Source: Candidatus Enterousia sp. (lineage in GTDB: Bacteria; Pseudomonadota; Alphaproteobacteria; Rs-D84). From it: 64,000 bases of DNA. The notes beneath the pieces were generated by a model that saw only the letters and a list, made by a program, of their open reading frames with translations, was not told where the DNA came from and did no database searches. A program made the translations under genes and the position numbers. This document shows, piece by piece, positions 1 to 10,521 of this stretch (the first letter of the stretch is position 1; each line of letters begins with the position of its first letter). The stretch spans positions 32,728-96,727 of the forward strand of contig JAZNBN010000016.1 in NCBI GenBank assembly GCA_045587125.1, in the 5' to 3' direction.

Positions 1-360
1 TTTACATGGAATCCGGGGACTTCGTTTTCATTATTTCGTGCATTGGGCGAAAGTGCGCCAATTATCATTATTATTGCGACATTGGCGATAACGGTTTGGA
101 TTTTATATTATTTATTCAAACGTGCGGCTCGTTATGAAATCTGGCCTTTATCTTTGGTTGCTGGTGGTGCGATTGGTAATTTAATAGATCGCATTCGTTT
201 TGGTGCGGTTATTGATTTCTTGGACTTTCACATTGGTGGATATCATTGGCCTGCATTTAATGTTGCAGATATCTGCATTGTTGTCGGTGTTGGGTTATAT
301 TTATTAAATTGGTATATCGCACGTCGTAAATGTCTTGAATTAACAAAAGGTGGTAAATAA
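1..360 (+). CDS. lspA: Lipoprotein signal peptidase II, C-terminal part (gene starts upstream of window)
   Basis: Frame is open from base 1. WNPGTSFSLF, GGAIGNLIDRIRFGAVIDFLDF and FNVADICIVVG motifs are typical of LspA. TAA at 358-360. Confidence 0.85.
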   Translation, partial: FTWNPGTSFSLFRALGESAPIIIIIATLAITVWILYYLFKRAARYEIWPLSLVAGGAIGNLIDRIRFGAVIDFLDFHIGGYHWPAFNVADICIVVGVGLYLLNWYIARRKCLELTKGGK

Positions 361-362
361 TC

Positions 363-1925
363 ATGGTTCAGTATATGAATAATAATTCTGGTTTTAATCA
401 GTGGAACGCTAATAAAAATGCAGCCGCTAAAAAGGGTGGTTTTTCTGGTTTTTTGTGGTGGATGTTAATGTTTTTCATCGCATGGTGGGCAATTGGTGCG
501 ATAATGTCCCCCAAACAAAATGTTGATAACGTTGCGACCCAAGTTTCAACGGTTGATTTATCTGGGGTTCCTGTAACGCATATATCATCTGATGTTTTGA
601 ATACATCTGTCCAGGGTTTACGCGTATCAAATGCGAAATTGGCAAATTATAAAGTAACCCCAGAATCCGAAGAATTGGTTACATTGTTTGGCGGTGATGA
701 TAATTATATCGAGGTTGGATTATTGTCCAGTGGCACCAACGCCCCAATTGCAACAACTGTATGGCGTAACCAAGATGGTGCATACACATGGCGTAATTCA
801 GACGGTATTGATTTTAAACGCACAATAAATATTGATGGCTACGTTATAAAAATCCAAGACACAATTACAAATAAATCTGGTCAAGACGTTGCATTTGCGC
901 CATACGCACATATTGTTCGTGAAAATGATATGAAATCTGCATCTGGTACAACTAATGGTGCGATATCATATGTCAATTCTGATGTTGAAGATATTCCATG
1001 GCATAAATTAGATAAAAAAGCATACGCATATTCAACAACACATGGTTTTTCTGGGTTTGCAGACCAATATTGGGAAACAGTCGCATCTATTGACAGTCCT
1101 GATCAAACAATCCGCATAAAAAAGTCTGGCGATAAATATATTTCTGATATATCTGCTGCGGCTGTATCTGTACCGGCGGGCCAGACAGGCACAGTTACAA
1201 CAAATATCTTTGTTGGCCCCCGTGATCAGAAAATATTAGACACCGCAGAAAGCCATATTGTTGGACTTGGTGAAACAATAGATTATGGTTGGTTTTGGTT
1301 TTTGGCGCGTCCAATGTTGTGGGTTTTAAATGGGATACATTCTGTTGTTATGAATTATGGTGTTGCGATTATCATAATGACAATATTGTTGCGTTTATTG
1401 ATGTGGCCATTGACCCGTAAATCATACACATCAATGGCTGCTATGCAAAAGATGCAACCTGAAATGCAACGCATTCAGAAATTGTACGGCAATGATAAAA
1501 TGCGCATGCAAATGGAAATGATGAAATTGTACCAAGAACATAAAACATCCCCGATGTCTGGCTGTCTGCCAATGTTGATTCAAATACCAATATTCTTTGC
1601 ATTGTACAAGGCATTATTGGTATCTGTTCAAATGCGCAGTGCACATTTCTTGTGGATATCTGATTTATCTGCGATGGATCCATATTTTATATTACCAATA
1701 TTAATGGGTGCAACAATGTGGTTACAACAACGTCTGCAATCCGGTGCGAAAAAGATAGCAAATGGTAATGACGCGGTTGCCCAAACGCAAAAGATGATGC
1801 AGTGGATGCCGATATTATTCACGATAATGTTTGCATGGATGCCAGCCGGCTTGGTTTTATATTGGACGGTATCAAATATCTTTGGCATTATTCAGATGGA
1901 AATAATAAAAAAGCAAAGCAAATAA
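363..1925 (+). CDS. yidC: Membrane protein insertase YidC
   Basis: 520-aa ORF with an N-terminal TM, a large periplasmic domain and a C-terminal multi-TM core (MQKMQPEMQRIQKLYGNDKMRMQMEMMKLYQEHKTSPMSGCLPMLIQIPIFFALY) characteristic of YidC/Oxa1. Start could be 363 or 375. Confidence 0.9.
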   Translation: MVQYMNNNSGFNQWNANKNAAAKKGGFSGFLWWMLMFFIAWWAIGAIMSPKQNVDNVATQVSTVDLSGVPVTHISSDVLNTSVQGLRVSNAKLANYKVTPESEELVTLFGGDDNYIEVGLLSSGTNAPIATTVWRNQDGAYTWRNSDGIDFKRTINIDGYVIKIQDTITNKSGQDVAFAPYAHIVRENDMKSASGTTNGAISYVNSDVEDIPWHKLDKKAYAYSTTHGFSGFADQYWETVASIDSPDQTIRIKKSGDKYISDISAAAVSVPAGQTGTVTTNIFVGPRDQKILDTAESHIVGLGETIDYGWFWFLARPMLWVLNGIHSVVMNYGVAIIIMTILLRLLMWPLTRKSYTSMAAMQKMQPEMQRIQKLYGNDKMRMQMEMMKLYQEHKTSPMSGCLPMLIQIPIFFALYKALLVSVQMRSAHFLWISDLSAMDPYFILPILMGATMWLQQRLQSGAKKIANGNDAVAQTQKMMQWMPILFTIMFAWMPAGLVLYWTVSNIFGIIQMEIIKKQSK

Positions 1926-1940
1926 ACACCATAAAACTTG

Positions 1941-1972
1941 AAATCCCCTTTGTTCATAAAAGGGGATTTTAA
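1941..1972 (+). terminator. Rho-independent terminator after yidC
   Basis: Hairpin AAATCCCCTT / AAGGGGATTT with a 9-nt loop, followed by T-rich sequence. Confidence 0.7.
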
Positions 1973-1997
1973 ATTGGCAAAAAAGATAAATATTTTG

Positions 1998-2025
1998 TTG
2001 ACAAATTGTGTATTTAGTATATACT
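1998..2025 (+). promoter_or_regulatory. Candidate sigma70 promoter
   Basis: TTGACA (1998-2003), 16-nt spacer, TATACT (2020-2025), about 35 nt upstream of the 2059 start. Confidence 0.5.
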
Positions 2026-2058
2026 ATATGTAGTATAACAGATAAAAAAGGAATTAAT

Positions 2059-2346
2059 ATGAAAAAAGATTTAAAGCATAGAATGGTAAATATGGCGCCA
2101 AAGGCATTGTTTGGTCTTGCTGTTGCATTGACGTTGATTAGTTGTGATGCAGAACCAAGCCCAAGTGATTTAGCGTATATGTCGCCAAGTGAACGATATG
2201 GATATGAAAATTACGGTTCTGTTCCTGATGATATTACAGAAAAAGCACAAGCAAAGCAAAGGGCAACTGCATTATTTATTTTGGGTCTTGGAAGTGCGGT
2301 TGGTGCAGGTTGGGTTATTGGCAGCAAGAATAAAAAATCACGCTAA
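2059..2346 (+). CDS. Small putative lipoprotein with C-terminal TM helix (hypothetical)
   Basis: ATG at 2059 preceded by AAAAAGGAA. Signal peptide ends in the lipobox-like LTLISC. C-terminal hydrophobic stretch plus KNKKSR. No family recognised. Confidence 0.5.
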   Translation: MKKDLKHRMVNMAPKALFGLAVALTLISCDAEPSPSDLAYMSPSERYGYENYGSVPDDITEKAQAKQRATALFILGLGSAVGAGWVIGSKNKKSR

Positions 2347-2366
2347 ATTTAATTTGTACTAAATGA

Positions 2367-2391
2367 AAATCCCCCGTGTGGGGGATTTTTT
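2367..2391. terminator. Bidirectional rho-independent terminator
   Basis: AAAATCCCCC-GTGT-GGGGGATTTTTT sits between convergent genes. The same core recurs at 4246-4275. Confidence 0.75.
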
Positions 2392-3181
2392 ATTCAACCA
2401 ATTTCCAACCAGTGAATGTATAACCAGGTCTAACAGGGTCTTCTGGCATTGTGATTTCTTGGTTATAATCACATACACTTTGAAAAGTGTCATATCCGTT
2501 ATCTGGATTCCAATTAATATTGATTGTGTTTTCCACACATATTCCATTATCAACACGATATCCAGACGCGCACTTGGTCGCAACACATGTGTCAATTCCT
2601 GTGCCGTAATAATCTTTGCCCGCAAATTCAATCGCATTATCAATATTTAAATTTGCGGGGATACAGGACATATAACATTGTGAATCAGATGATGCAGCCG
2701 TTTCAGAACCGATATAACCATCTGGGCATGGATTTAAACCTTGGTCATTATATTCATTAAATGTGTACGTACCCCCAGGACAATAATAACCAGCCAAACA
2801 TTGGGTGCAAGAATCAACATTAGCCGGCAAATAATATCCCGGTTCACAATCATGAATATTTGGTGTGTAAATTGCGTGTATTTCAGGCAGAAAATTCACT
2901 GCACAAACATTATTCATTGTTGTTGCGGTATTGTCTATCATATATAGTCCCTGGTATTCGTCTGGATTAAATTCAAAGGTTCCACCAGGGCAATTAAAAC
3001 CAGACGGACAGGCGACACACCCCAATGTATTTGCCGGTAAAAAGTATCCAGCCGCACAATCATATTTGTTTATTTGATACAATGCAATATACTCATTATA
3101 ATTTATATCGCATATACTAATATCAGCCAACGCAAACTGCGTAATAAAAATAAATAATAAAGATGCGAATAATTTATTCAT
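2390..3181 (-). CDS. Secreted Cys-rich repeat protein with C-terminal GYTFTGW (Listeria-Bacteroides/Flg_new-like) module
   Basis: Signal peptide MNKLFASLLFIFITQFALA. Two CxxGYxLPANxxxCxxCxxGxxCPGGT repeats. C-terminal NTININWNPDNGYDTFQSVCDYNQEITMPEDPVRPGYTFTGWKLVE is shared with 24417-25559 and 53942-55321. Confidence 0.75.
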   Translation of the reverse strand: MNKLFASLLFIFITQFALADISICDINYNEYIALYQINKYDCAAGYFLPANTLGCVACPSGFNCPGGTFEFNPDEYQGLYMIDNTATTMNNVCAVNFLPEIHAIYTPNIHDCEPGYYLPANVDSCTQCLAGYYCPGGTYTFNEYNDQGLNPCPDGYIGSETAASSDSQCYMSCIPANLNIDNAIEFAGKDYYGTGIDTCVATKCASGYRVDNGICVENTININWNPDNGYDTFQSVCDYNQEITMPEDPVRPGYTFTGWKLVE

Positions 3182-3184
3182 AAA

Positions 3185-3931
3185 TTATTCACCAATTATC
3201 GGTCCAGCAATAAAATCACCGGTGCCCGCATTATAATAGTACTTATTTTCCACCAAATCATACATACATGGCACACCATTTTTATCCAGCACAGGTATAA
3301 AGTTACGGACCAATGTGCCATTATCATAAATTTTAAAATAATATATCTTAACTTTACCCGCTTCTATACCTGTTGGTCTTTGGTCTGCGAACATTAGCAT
3401 ATTATACGGCGACACAAAATTACCATATTGATGAGCAATTTGAACATACGGGCCATCATTTTTTGAATAATTTATAATGTTTTTATTCCAATCAATAACA
3501 ATCGTATCACCAACCGCAATTGAACCTGTCATATAATTGTTATTAAAATAATTAAAACTCAACTTTTGGTCCCAAGTATAAAGTTCAAATACACGACTAT
3601 TAAAACTTTGACCACTACCAAACATCATTGTTTCATAATTTGTCACGGAATTAAACATCCCCTTGGTTTTTACACCGGTATCTTGATTTGGAATATACCC
3701 CGTATCAATGTATTGTGTGCCAGTACTTTCCAGATATTCTATCTGTATATTGGTTCTCCACCCCTTGAACGTATACCCATATTTTTCTGGGGCGGTGGGT
3801 GGTGTAATATCGTCACCACTTTCACATATGGTTGTATGATATATTGAACCATCAACATACCAATTTATCGTGTGTGCAATTGCAGCGCTACAAACAAAGC
3901 ATAACGATAAAAATAACAATAAACGTTTCAT
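3185..3931 (-). CDS. Secreted protein: N-terminal GYTFKGW module plus beta-rich domain (YLESTGTQYIDTG motif), hypothetical
   Basis: Signal peptide MKRLLLFLSLCFVCSAAIA, then HTINWYVDGS...EKYGYTFKGWRT. GGGGGG Shine-Dalgarno 3 nt before the ATG. The stop lies 3 nt before the start of 2390-3181, so the two genes probably form an operon. Confidence 0.7.
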   Translation of the reverse strand: MKRLLLFLSLCFVCSAAIAHTINWYVDGSIYHTTICESGDDITPPTAPEKYGYTFKGWRTNIQIEYLESTGTQYIDTGYIPNQDTGVKTKGMFNSVTNYETMMFGSGQSFNSRVFELYTWDQKLSFNYFNNNYMTGSIAVGDTIVIDWNKNIINYSKNDGPYVQIAHQYGNFVSPYNMLMFADQRPTGIEAGKVKIYYFKIYDNGTLVRNFIPVLDKNGVPCMYDLVENKYYYNAGTGDFIAGPIIGE

Positions 3932-4168
3932 ATTCCCCCCATAAAGTTTTAAAAACCGTCAAGATTGTGACGGTCGGGGAGTTAGAAAATCATATAAGTT
4001 AAATGACTCTGTGGTTTTTCGGTTGCCCGTATTTTATAACCATCAGCCCCCCGACACAGCGTCAGGGTATGATAACGGCGCAAAAAACACCGAAACATCT
4101 ATTTAACGATGCTTTCGCACCGAACTTATATGGGCTTTCTACAACCCCGAACCCAATCTTGTGGATTC
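3932..4168 (-). promoter_or_regulatory. Long structured 5' leader with terminator-like hairpin just upstream of the RBS
   Basis: About 240 nt lie between the predicted promoter and the 3931 start. On the minus strand there are GC-rich hairpins: CGGTGC-GAAA-GCATCG and CCCTGAC-GCTGT-GTCGGGG. A CCGTCA-CAATCT-TGACGG hairpin followed by TTTTT (plus 3951-3973) sits directly before the GGGGGG SD. Confidence 0.45.
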
Positions 4169-4175
4169 AACGTAT

Positions 4176-4204
4176 ATTATATATGAAAAAAGACATATTT
4201 GCAA
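4176..4204 (-). promoter_or_regulatory. Candidate sigma70 promoter for the 3931-2390 operon
   Basis: Minus strand reads TTGCAA (4199-4204), 17-nt spacer, TATAAT (4176-4181). Confidence 0.55.
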
Positions 4205-4245
4205 ACTTATGAAAAAAAAATTACATGAAAAAACATAGTGCACAT

Positions 4246-4275
4246 AAAAATAATCCCCCGTGTGGGGGATTTTTA
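4246..4275. terminator. Rho-independent terminator
   Basis: AATCCCCC-GTGT-GGGGGATT flanked by A and T runs. It overlaps the stop of 4273-4608. Confidence 0.75.
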
Positions 4276-4608
4276 TTTTATCTCGTTAAACAATGCGTTT
4301 GGGGTTTGAATAAATATGTTACGCATACCAATTGCATGTTTGCAAAATTGTACGCACGTCCATGCACGGCACATATCTAAATCGCGGGGCGTATCGCATG
4401 GCAAATACACAAACCTCCAACCATGTGCCATCAATATTTTTATATCACGCATATTTATTTTGATTTTTGATATATTGTTATGTGACATAAATTGATGTAA
4501 AACCATACCATTCTGATTAACTTCGATTGGTGCACAGTGTTTTAAATTACCACAGAATATCCGTGGCAATATTTTTGATGTTTTGTCTGAAAAAGCAATA
4601 ATAATCAT
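4273..4608 (-). CDS. Hypothetical protein (111 aa)
   Basis: Start moved to the ATG at 4608, which is preceded by AAGGAA. Conserved-looking His (KHCAPIE) and Cys (WTCVQFCKHAIG) positions are faintly reminiscent of permuted papain/NlpC-like folds. Not verifiable here. Confidence 0.5.
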   Translation of the reverse strand: MIIIAFSDKTSKILPRIFCGNLKHCAPIEVNQNGMVLHQFMSHNNISKIKINMRDIKILMAHGWRFVYLPCDTPRDLDMCRAWTCVQFCKHAIGMRNIFIQTPNALFNEIK

Positions 4609-4662
4609 TTTTATTCCTTGGTGTATTTTTTTTGCCACCGGCATGACCGGTGGCACATTTTT

Positions 4663-5004
4663 TTAATCAATCCAACCGCGTTTTTGTGCCGCATCATGCA
4701 GAACATTCATTGCACGATTCCATTGGTCTGCGGCGCGATTTTCATTCCAAATATGTTGATGTGGTGCACGTCTTTTATCGCCAAATTTTTTCATGACCAT
4801 CAATTGTTCGTCGGTCAATTTTCCACACAGATACAGTTTTGTAATCATTGTTTCCACGTCCAGAATTTCGCATGGTCTGCGTGTCTGCATACTGTGCATA
4901 CGTGAAAAATTATTACGCACAGATTTTGAATACAGAAACCAAAACCACATTTGTTCGGCTGATTGAAATTTTTCGACAGATACCATTGTCATAACAGAGT
5001 TCAT
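4663..5004 (-). CDS. Hypothetical protein (113 aa)
   Basis: ATG at 5004 preceded by AAGGAGA. No recognisable motif. Lies just downstream of the virB10 terminators on the same strand. Confidence 0.55.
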   Translation of the reverse strand: MNSVMTMVSVEKFQSAEQMWFWFLYSKSVRNNFSRMHSMQTRRPCEILDVETMITKLYLCGKLTDEQLMVMKKFGDKRRAPHQHIWNENRAADQWNRAMNVLHDAAQKRGWID

Positions 5005-5180
5005 TTTTCTTTCTCCTTTGGTTGTGTTTATTGTTATTGATATATATAGCCTAAGAAAAGATTCCTGTGAAATACTACAACCAATGGTTGAAGTGTGAAT
5101 CGGAAAACAGATTCGGTTTTGTGTTTTGTGTTTTTGATTACGAATCGTTTAATCTTGTCGGTTATATACATAAATGTGAT

Positions 5181-5212
5181 AAAAAAAAGTGCGTAAAATT
5201 ACGCACTAAAAA
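5181..5212 (-). terminator. Rho-independent terminator (second after virB10)
   Basis: Minus strand reads AGTGCGTAA..TTACGCACT hairpin followed by T8. Confidence 0.65.
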
Positions 5213-5256
5213 GTCATGTTTTGTATATGTTTTTTACTTGTGTTTAATCCTTTTGG

Positions 5257-5281
5257 TTATTATATTAAAAAAACCGCCTTG
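5257..5281 (-). terminator. Rho-independent terminator after virB10
   Basis: AAAAAAACCGCC-TTGT-GGCGGTTTT, 12 nt beyond the virB10 stop. Confidence 0.7.
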
Positions 5282-5292
5282 TGGCGGTTTTG

Positions 5293-7686
<2,394 letters not shown>

Positions 7687-7722
7687 TTTACAAACCCACC
7701 CAGATTATTGTGCTTATAAACT

Positions 7723-9264
7723 TTATTGCATTCTGACAACGCTGCATTGACTTTGACCACCGGTATATTTTATCAGTTTGTCGCATAATGTTTGTGCAGT
7801 ACTGATGTCTGACATTGGGCCAATACGCAGACGATATACTTTGGCAGTAGAAGAACCTGCGCCTAAATCACCCACACCTTCGGCATCAACCGCAAAGAAC
7901 ACCATGTCTTCGTATGGTTTTAATATACCATTACCTTCACTGCCACTGAATTTGACCAACAAATTCGCCCAATAATCTTCTAATTCTTTTACCGATGTAT
8001 CAGATTTTAATTCAACTGCGACACCATTTTGATTGCTGGTAATCAATGGAATGTTATTTTGTGGTAAATACGAACCTGCGGTATTTCTGACCGTTGGTAA
8101 CATACTTACAACACTGCCAGATGAAACAGGTGGTTGTGGTGCATTGTATGTGCCATAACCCGCAGGCATATAATAACCTGCACCTGTTGTTGGGTTAACA
8201 GTTGCTGTATTGCCCATATACATAGGCGTTCCTGTGTAATTCATTCCCATATTCATGGCCGCCATATCCTGGGTATATGCAATATTATTCAAAGATTGAC
8301 CAGACATCATGCTTTGTGCAACATTTGCCTCAGCCAATGCCATAACAGATGCAGTGTCTGCAATCAAGAATGGTTTTTCGCGTCTTTTTATACAAACAAT
8401 TCTTTGACCACTACGTAATACCATATCACCAACCGCCTCAACAATTAACAAACGCCCATCTTCACCGTCTGTACGGAATCCAACAGGTGATTCACCACCT
8501 TCGACCATTAATGACACGACCGGTCTTTGTGTCATAGATATAACCTTGTCACCAAAATCAATGTATGTGAATATTCTATCACGCCATACACGTTCAGGTG
8601 CAATAACATAATCATCTGGGTTTGGAACAAATATATCCAGGTCAAAACGGAATTCAGATGGGTCAATTTTCATTGATTTTATCCAACCGTAATCTTCGCC
8701 ATCAACCCCAACTGTATTGGTTGTTTTTGCCTGCTTTGTAAAGATAGATTTCGCACCACCTGATGTTGTTGACGCTGCACCCGTTGTTGGCAATGCACCA
8801 TTGCCGTCCAATAAAATATCAACATGAGAATATGTAACCTCGCTAGCATTTGATGGTTCTGCACGTAAATAGAAAACATATTTGTTACCAGATTGACCTG
8901 TTACAATTAAATTTGTATCAGAACCTTGGTTGCCAGCCACCGGTGATATAAACATTGTTCTGTCACCTTGGGTTGCATTGATTTCAAATTGACTTTGATC
9001 GCCAACAATCGCATCTGCGATTTGTTCCCCATTTGGCAGGTTTATCATCGTCACCATACCGCTACGCAACTTAATTGGTAAAACAGAACCGGCAGACCAT
9101 GTTAACTGGGCATACCCGGGTTTAATGCTGCCTGCGGTCATGTTTGCAGATGGGTTATCCCACGCCGCCTGAATGCCTGCAATCGCATTGCCCGTTGATA
9201 TGGTTAAAATCCCCATCACACAGCCAACAAATAAATTAAACTTACATATTCTTAAAAGTGTCAT
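7723..9264 (-). CDS. virB9: Type IV secretion system VirB9/CagX-family protein with C-terminal SPOR-like domain
   Basis: Start set to the ATG at 9264 (GGAAGGA SD). Signal peptide present. VirB9 N-domain (VLPIKLRSGMVTMINLP...TNLIVTGQSGNKYVFYLRAEP) and C-domain (RIFTYIDFGDKV...RLLIVEAVGDMVLRSGQRIVCIKR). Then an M/G/Y-rich linker and KVYRLRIGPMSDISTAQTLCDKLIKYTGGQSQCSVVR. Confidence 0.8.
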   Translation of the reverse strand: MTLLRICKFNLFVGCVMGILTISTGNAIAGIQAAWDNPSANMTAGSIKPGYAQLTWSAGSVLPIKLRSGMVTMINLPNGEQIADAIVGDQSQFEINATQGDRTMFISPVAGNQGSDTNLIVTGQSGNKYVFYLRAEPSNASEVTYSHVDILLDGNGALPTTGAASTTSGGAKSIFTKQAKTTNTVGVDGEDYGWIKSMKIDPSEFRFDLDIFVPNPDDYVIAPERVWRDRIFTYIDFGDKVISMTQRPVVSLMVEGGESPVGFRTDGEDGRLLIVEAVGDMVLRSGQRIVCIKRREKPFLIADTASVMALAEANVAQSMMSGQSLNNIAYTQDMAAMNMGMNYTGTPMYMGNTATVNPTTGAGYYMPAGYGTYNAPQPPVSSGSVVSMLPTVRNTAGSYLPQNNIPLITSNQNGVAVELKSDTSVKELEDYWANLLVKFSGSEGNGILKPYEDMVFFAVDAEGVGDLGAGSSTAKVYRLRIGPMSDISTAQTLCDKLIKYTGGQSQCSVVRMQ

Positions 9265-9294
9265 ACCAATCCTTCCCATGTTTTTTTTGTTTTT

Positions 9295-9972
9295 TTAGTT
9301 TGCCATATATCCTGTATCCAACGGATCCCCGTTATCCGATATAATTTCGTATTCTGAAACACGTAACCCCAGTGGATTATCAATCTTACTTGCCCACTTT
9401 ACATAATTATTGTCTTGTGTTTCTATTTTTATTCTTATTGTATAATCTTTTTGTGCCACAGGTCCAGCAGAATCTTCACAAAAATATCTAAATTTTACCT
9501 GATATGTATCTTGGTTGTATACAGATGATATTAATAAAGGTTCTGTATCAAAAAATACACTACATTTTATATTGTAATTTGGTGTGTCTGTCATTATTTC
9601 GTTGAACGCAAAAGTGTTTGCAAAATCAGAATATACACCGTCAACAGACATTGTTTTTATAACGCCATCAACACTGTTCCACTTTTTATTCATAACCTTG
9701 GCATTGTTTAATATTTCATTTCTGTGTCTGATATATTCACGTACCCAAGATTTCTTGTATATGTCTAAATATTCGCTTTTTGGGGGCATTTGTTCCAGTT
9801 TTATGTTCTGGTCTGCACGCAGCGTTGTTGTTAAAAAGAATATTTGCGGACTGTTTAATGGGAACATTTTGTACAAAGTAAATGCCAACGCCCCCAGTAC
9901 AACAATAGATGTTGCAAGTACAAACGTCATCAGTCTGGATACTAAAACTGGCGGTTTTACGCGTTTTTGCAC
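9295..9972 (-). CDS. virB8: Type IV secretion system VirB8-family protein
   Basis: GTG start preceded by AGGGGAGA. Short cytoplasmic N-terminus, one TM (FVLATSIVVLGALAFTLY), then a ~170-aa periplasmic domain (SWVREYIRHRNEI...). Gene order is B8-B9-B10. Confidence 0.7.
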   Translation of the reverse strand: MQKRVKPPVLVSRLMTFVLATSIVVLGALAFTLYKMFPLNSPQIFFLTTTLRADQNIKLEQMPPKSEYLDIYKKSWVREYIRHRNEILNNAKVMNKKWNSVDGVIKTMSVDGVYSDFANTFAFNEIMTDTPNYNIKCSVFFDTEPLLISSVYNQDTYQVKFRYFCEDSAGPVAQKDYTIRIKIETQDNNYVKWASKIDNPLGLRVSEYEIISDNGDPLDTGYMAN

Positions 9973-10202
9973 GATTTTCTCCCCTTTAATAATGGGATTG
10001 TAGAAAAAAATACGCTATCTATGCAAGGAAAAATTTTGCATAAAACAAATAAATAAAATAAACATGTGTGAAAAAATGTTCTTGCCCCAGACATGGAAAA
10101 ATATTATAATATTTCCACTTGATTTTTTGTATTGGTGTGCTATTCTATCGCAGACTATGGTATGGCATGCGGTACATCAGACAGGTGTTGTATTCAGTTT
10201 AC

Positions 10203-10276
10203 AGGGGCATAGTTCAACGGTAGAATATCGGTCTCCAAAACCGCGGATGAGGGTTCGATTCCTTCTGCCCCTGCCA
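10203..10276 (+). tRNA. trnW: tRNA-Trp (anticodon CCA)
   Basis: Cloverleaf folded by hand. Acceptor AGGGGCA/TGCCCCT, anticodon loop CTCCAAA, T-loop TTCGATT, encoded CCA. One T.C mismatch at the top of the anticodon stem. Canonical position upstream of secE-nusG. Confidence 0.85.
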
Positions 10277-10319
10277 GAAAATAGTCAGTAAAAACAATAT
10301 TGTAACTAGGCAGATTTTT

Positions 10320-10499
10320 ATGAAAAAGATATTGGGATTTTTCAAATCGGTACGCAGTGAATGGTTTAAAATTGTATGGCCATCACGCGACAGTGTAATT
10401 CATGCAACAATTATGATTTTGGTGTTTTCTGGTTTGGCAACATTATTCTTTTTCTTGGTTGACAGTTTGCTGAACGCACTGGTTGGTTGGATTTTCTAA
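10320..10499 (+). CDS. secE: Preprotein translocase subunit SecE (59 aa; below the ORF-track cutoff)
   Basis: Translated by hand: MKKILGFFKSVRSEWFKIVWPSRDSVIHATIMILVFSGLATLFFFLVDSLLNALVGWIF. Has the VxxExxKVxWPxR-like motif plus a single TM. Sits between tRNA-Trp and nusG. Confidence 0.85.
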   Translation: MKKILGFFKSVRSEWFKIVWPSRDSVIHATIMILVFSGLATLFFFLVDSLLNALVGWIF

Positions 10500-10521
10500 A
10501 AACAGGCAAAGGAAGTGTATT

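Noticed and set aside
4003-4212. 69-aa plus-strand ORF in the 3932-4272 intergenic region
   Set aside because: It has no SD and runs through GC-rich hairpins. The region is better explained as a minus-strand leader RNA.
10064-10291. 75-aa ORF overlapping tRNA-Trp
   Set aside because: It reads straight through a well-folded tRNA gene.
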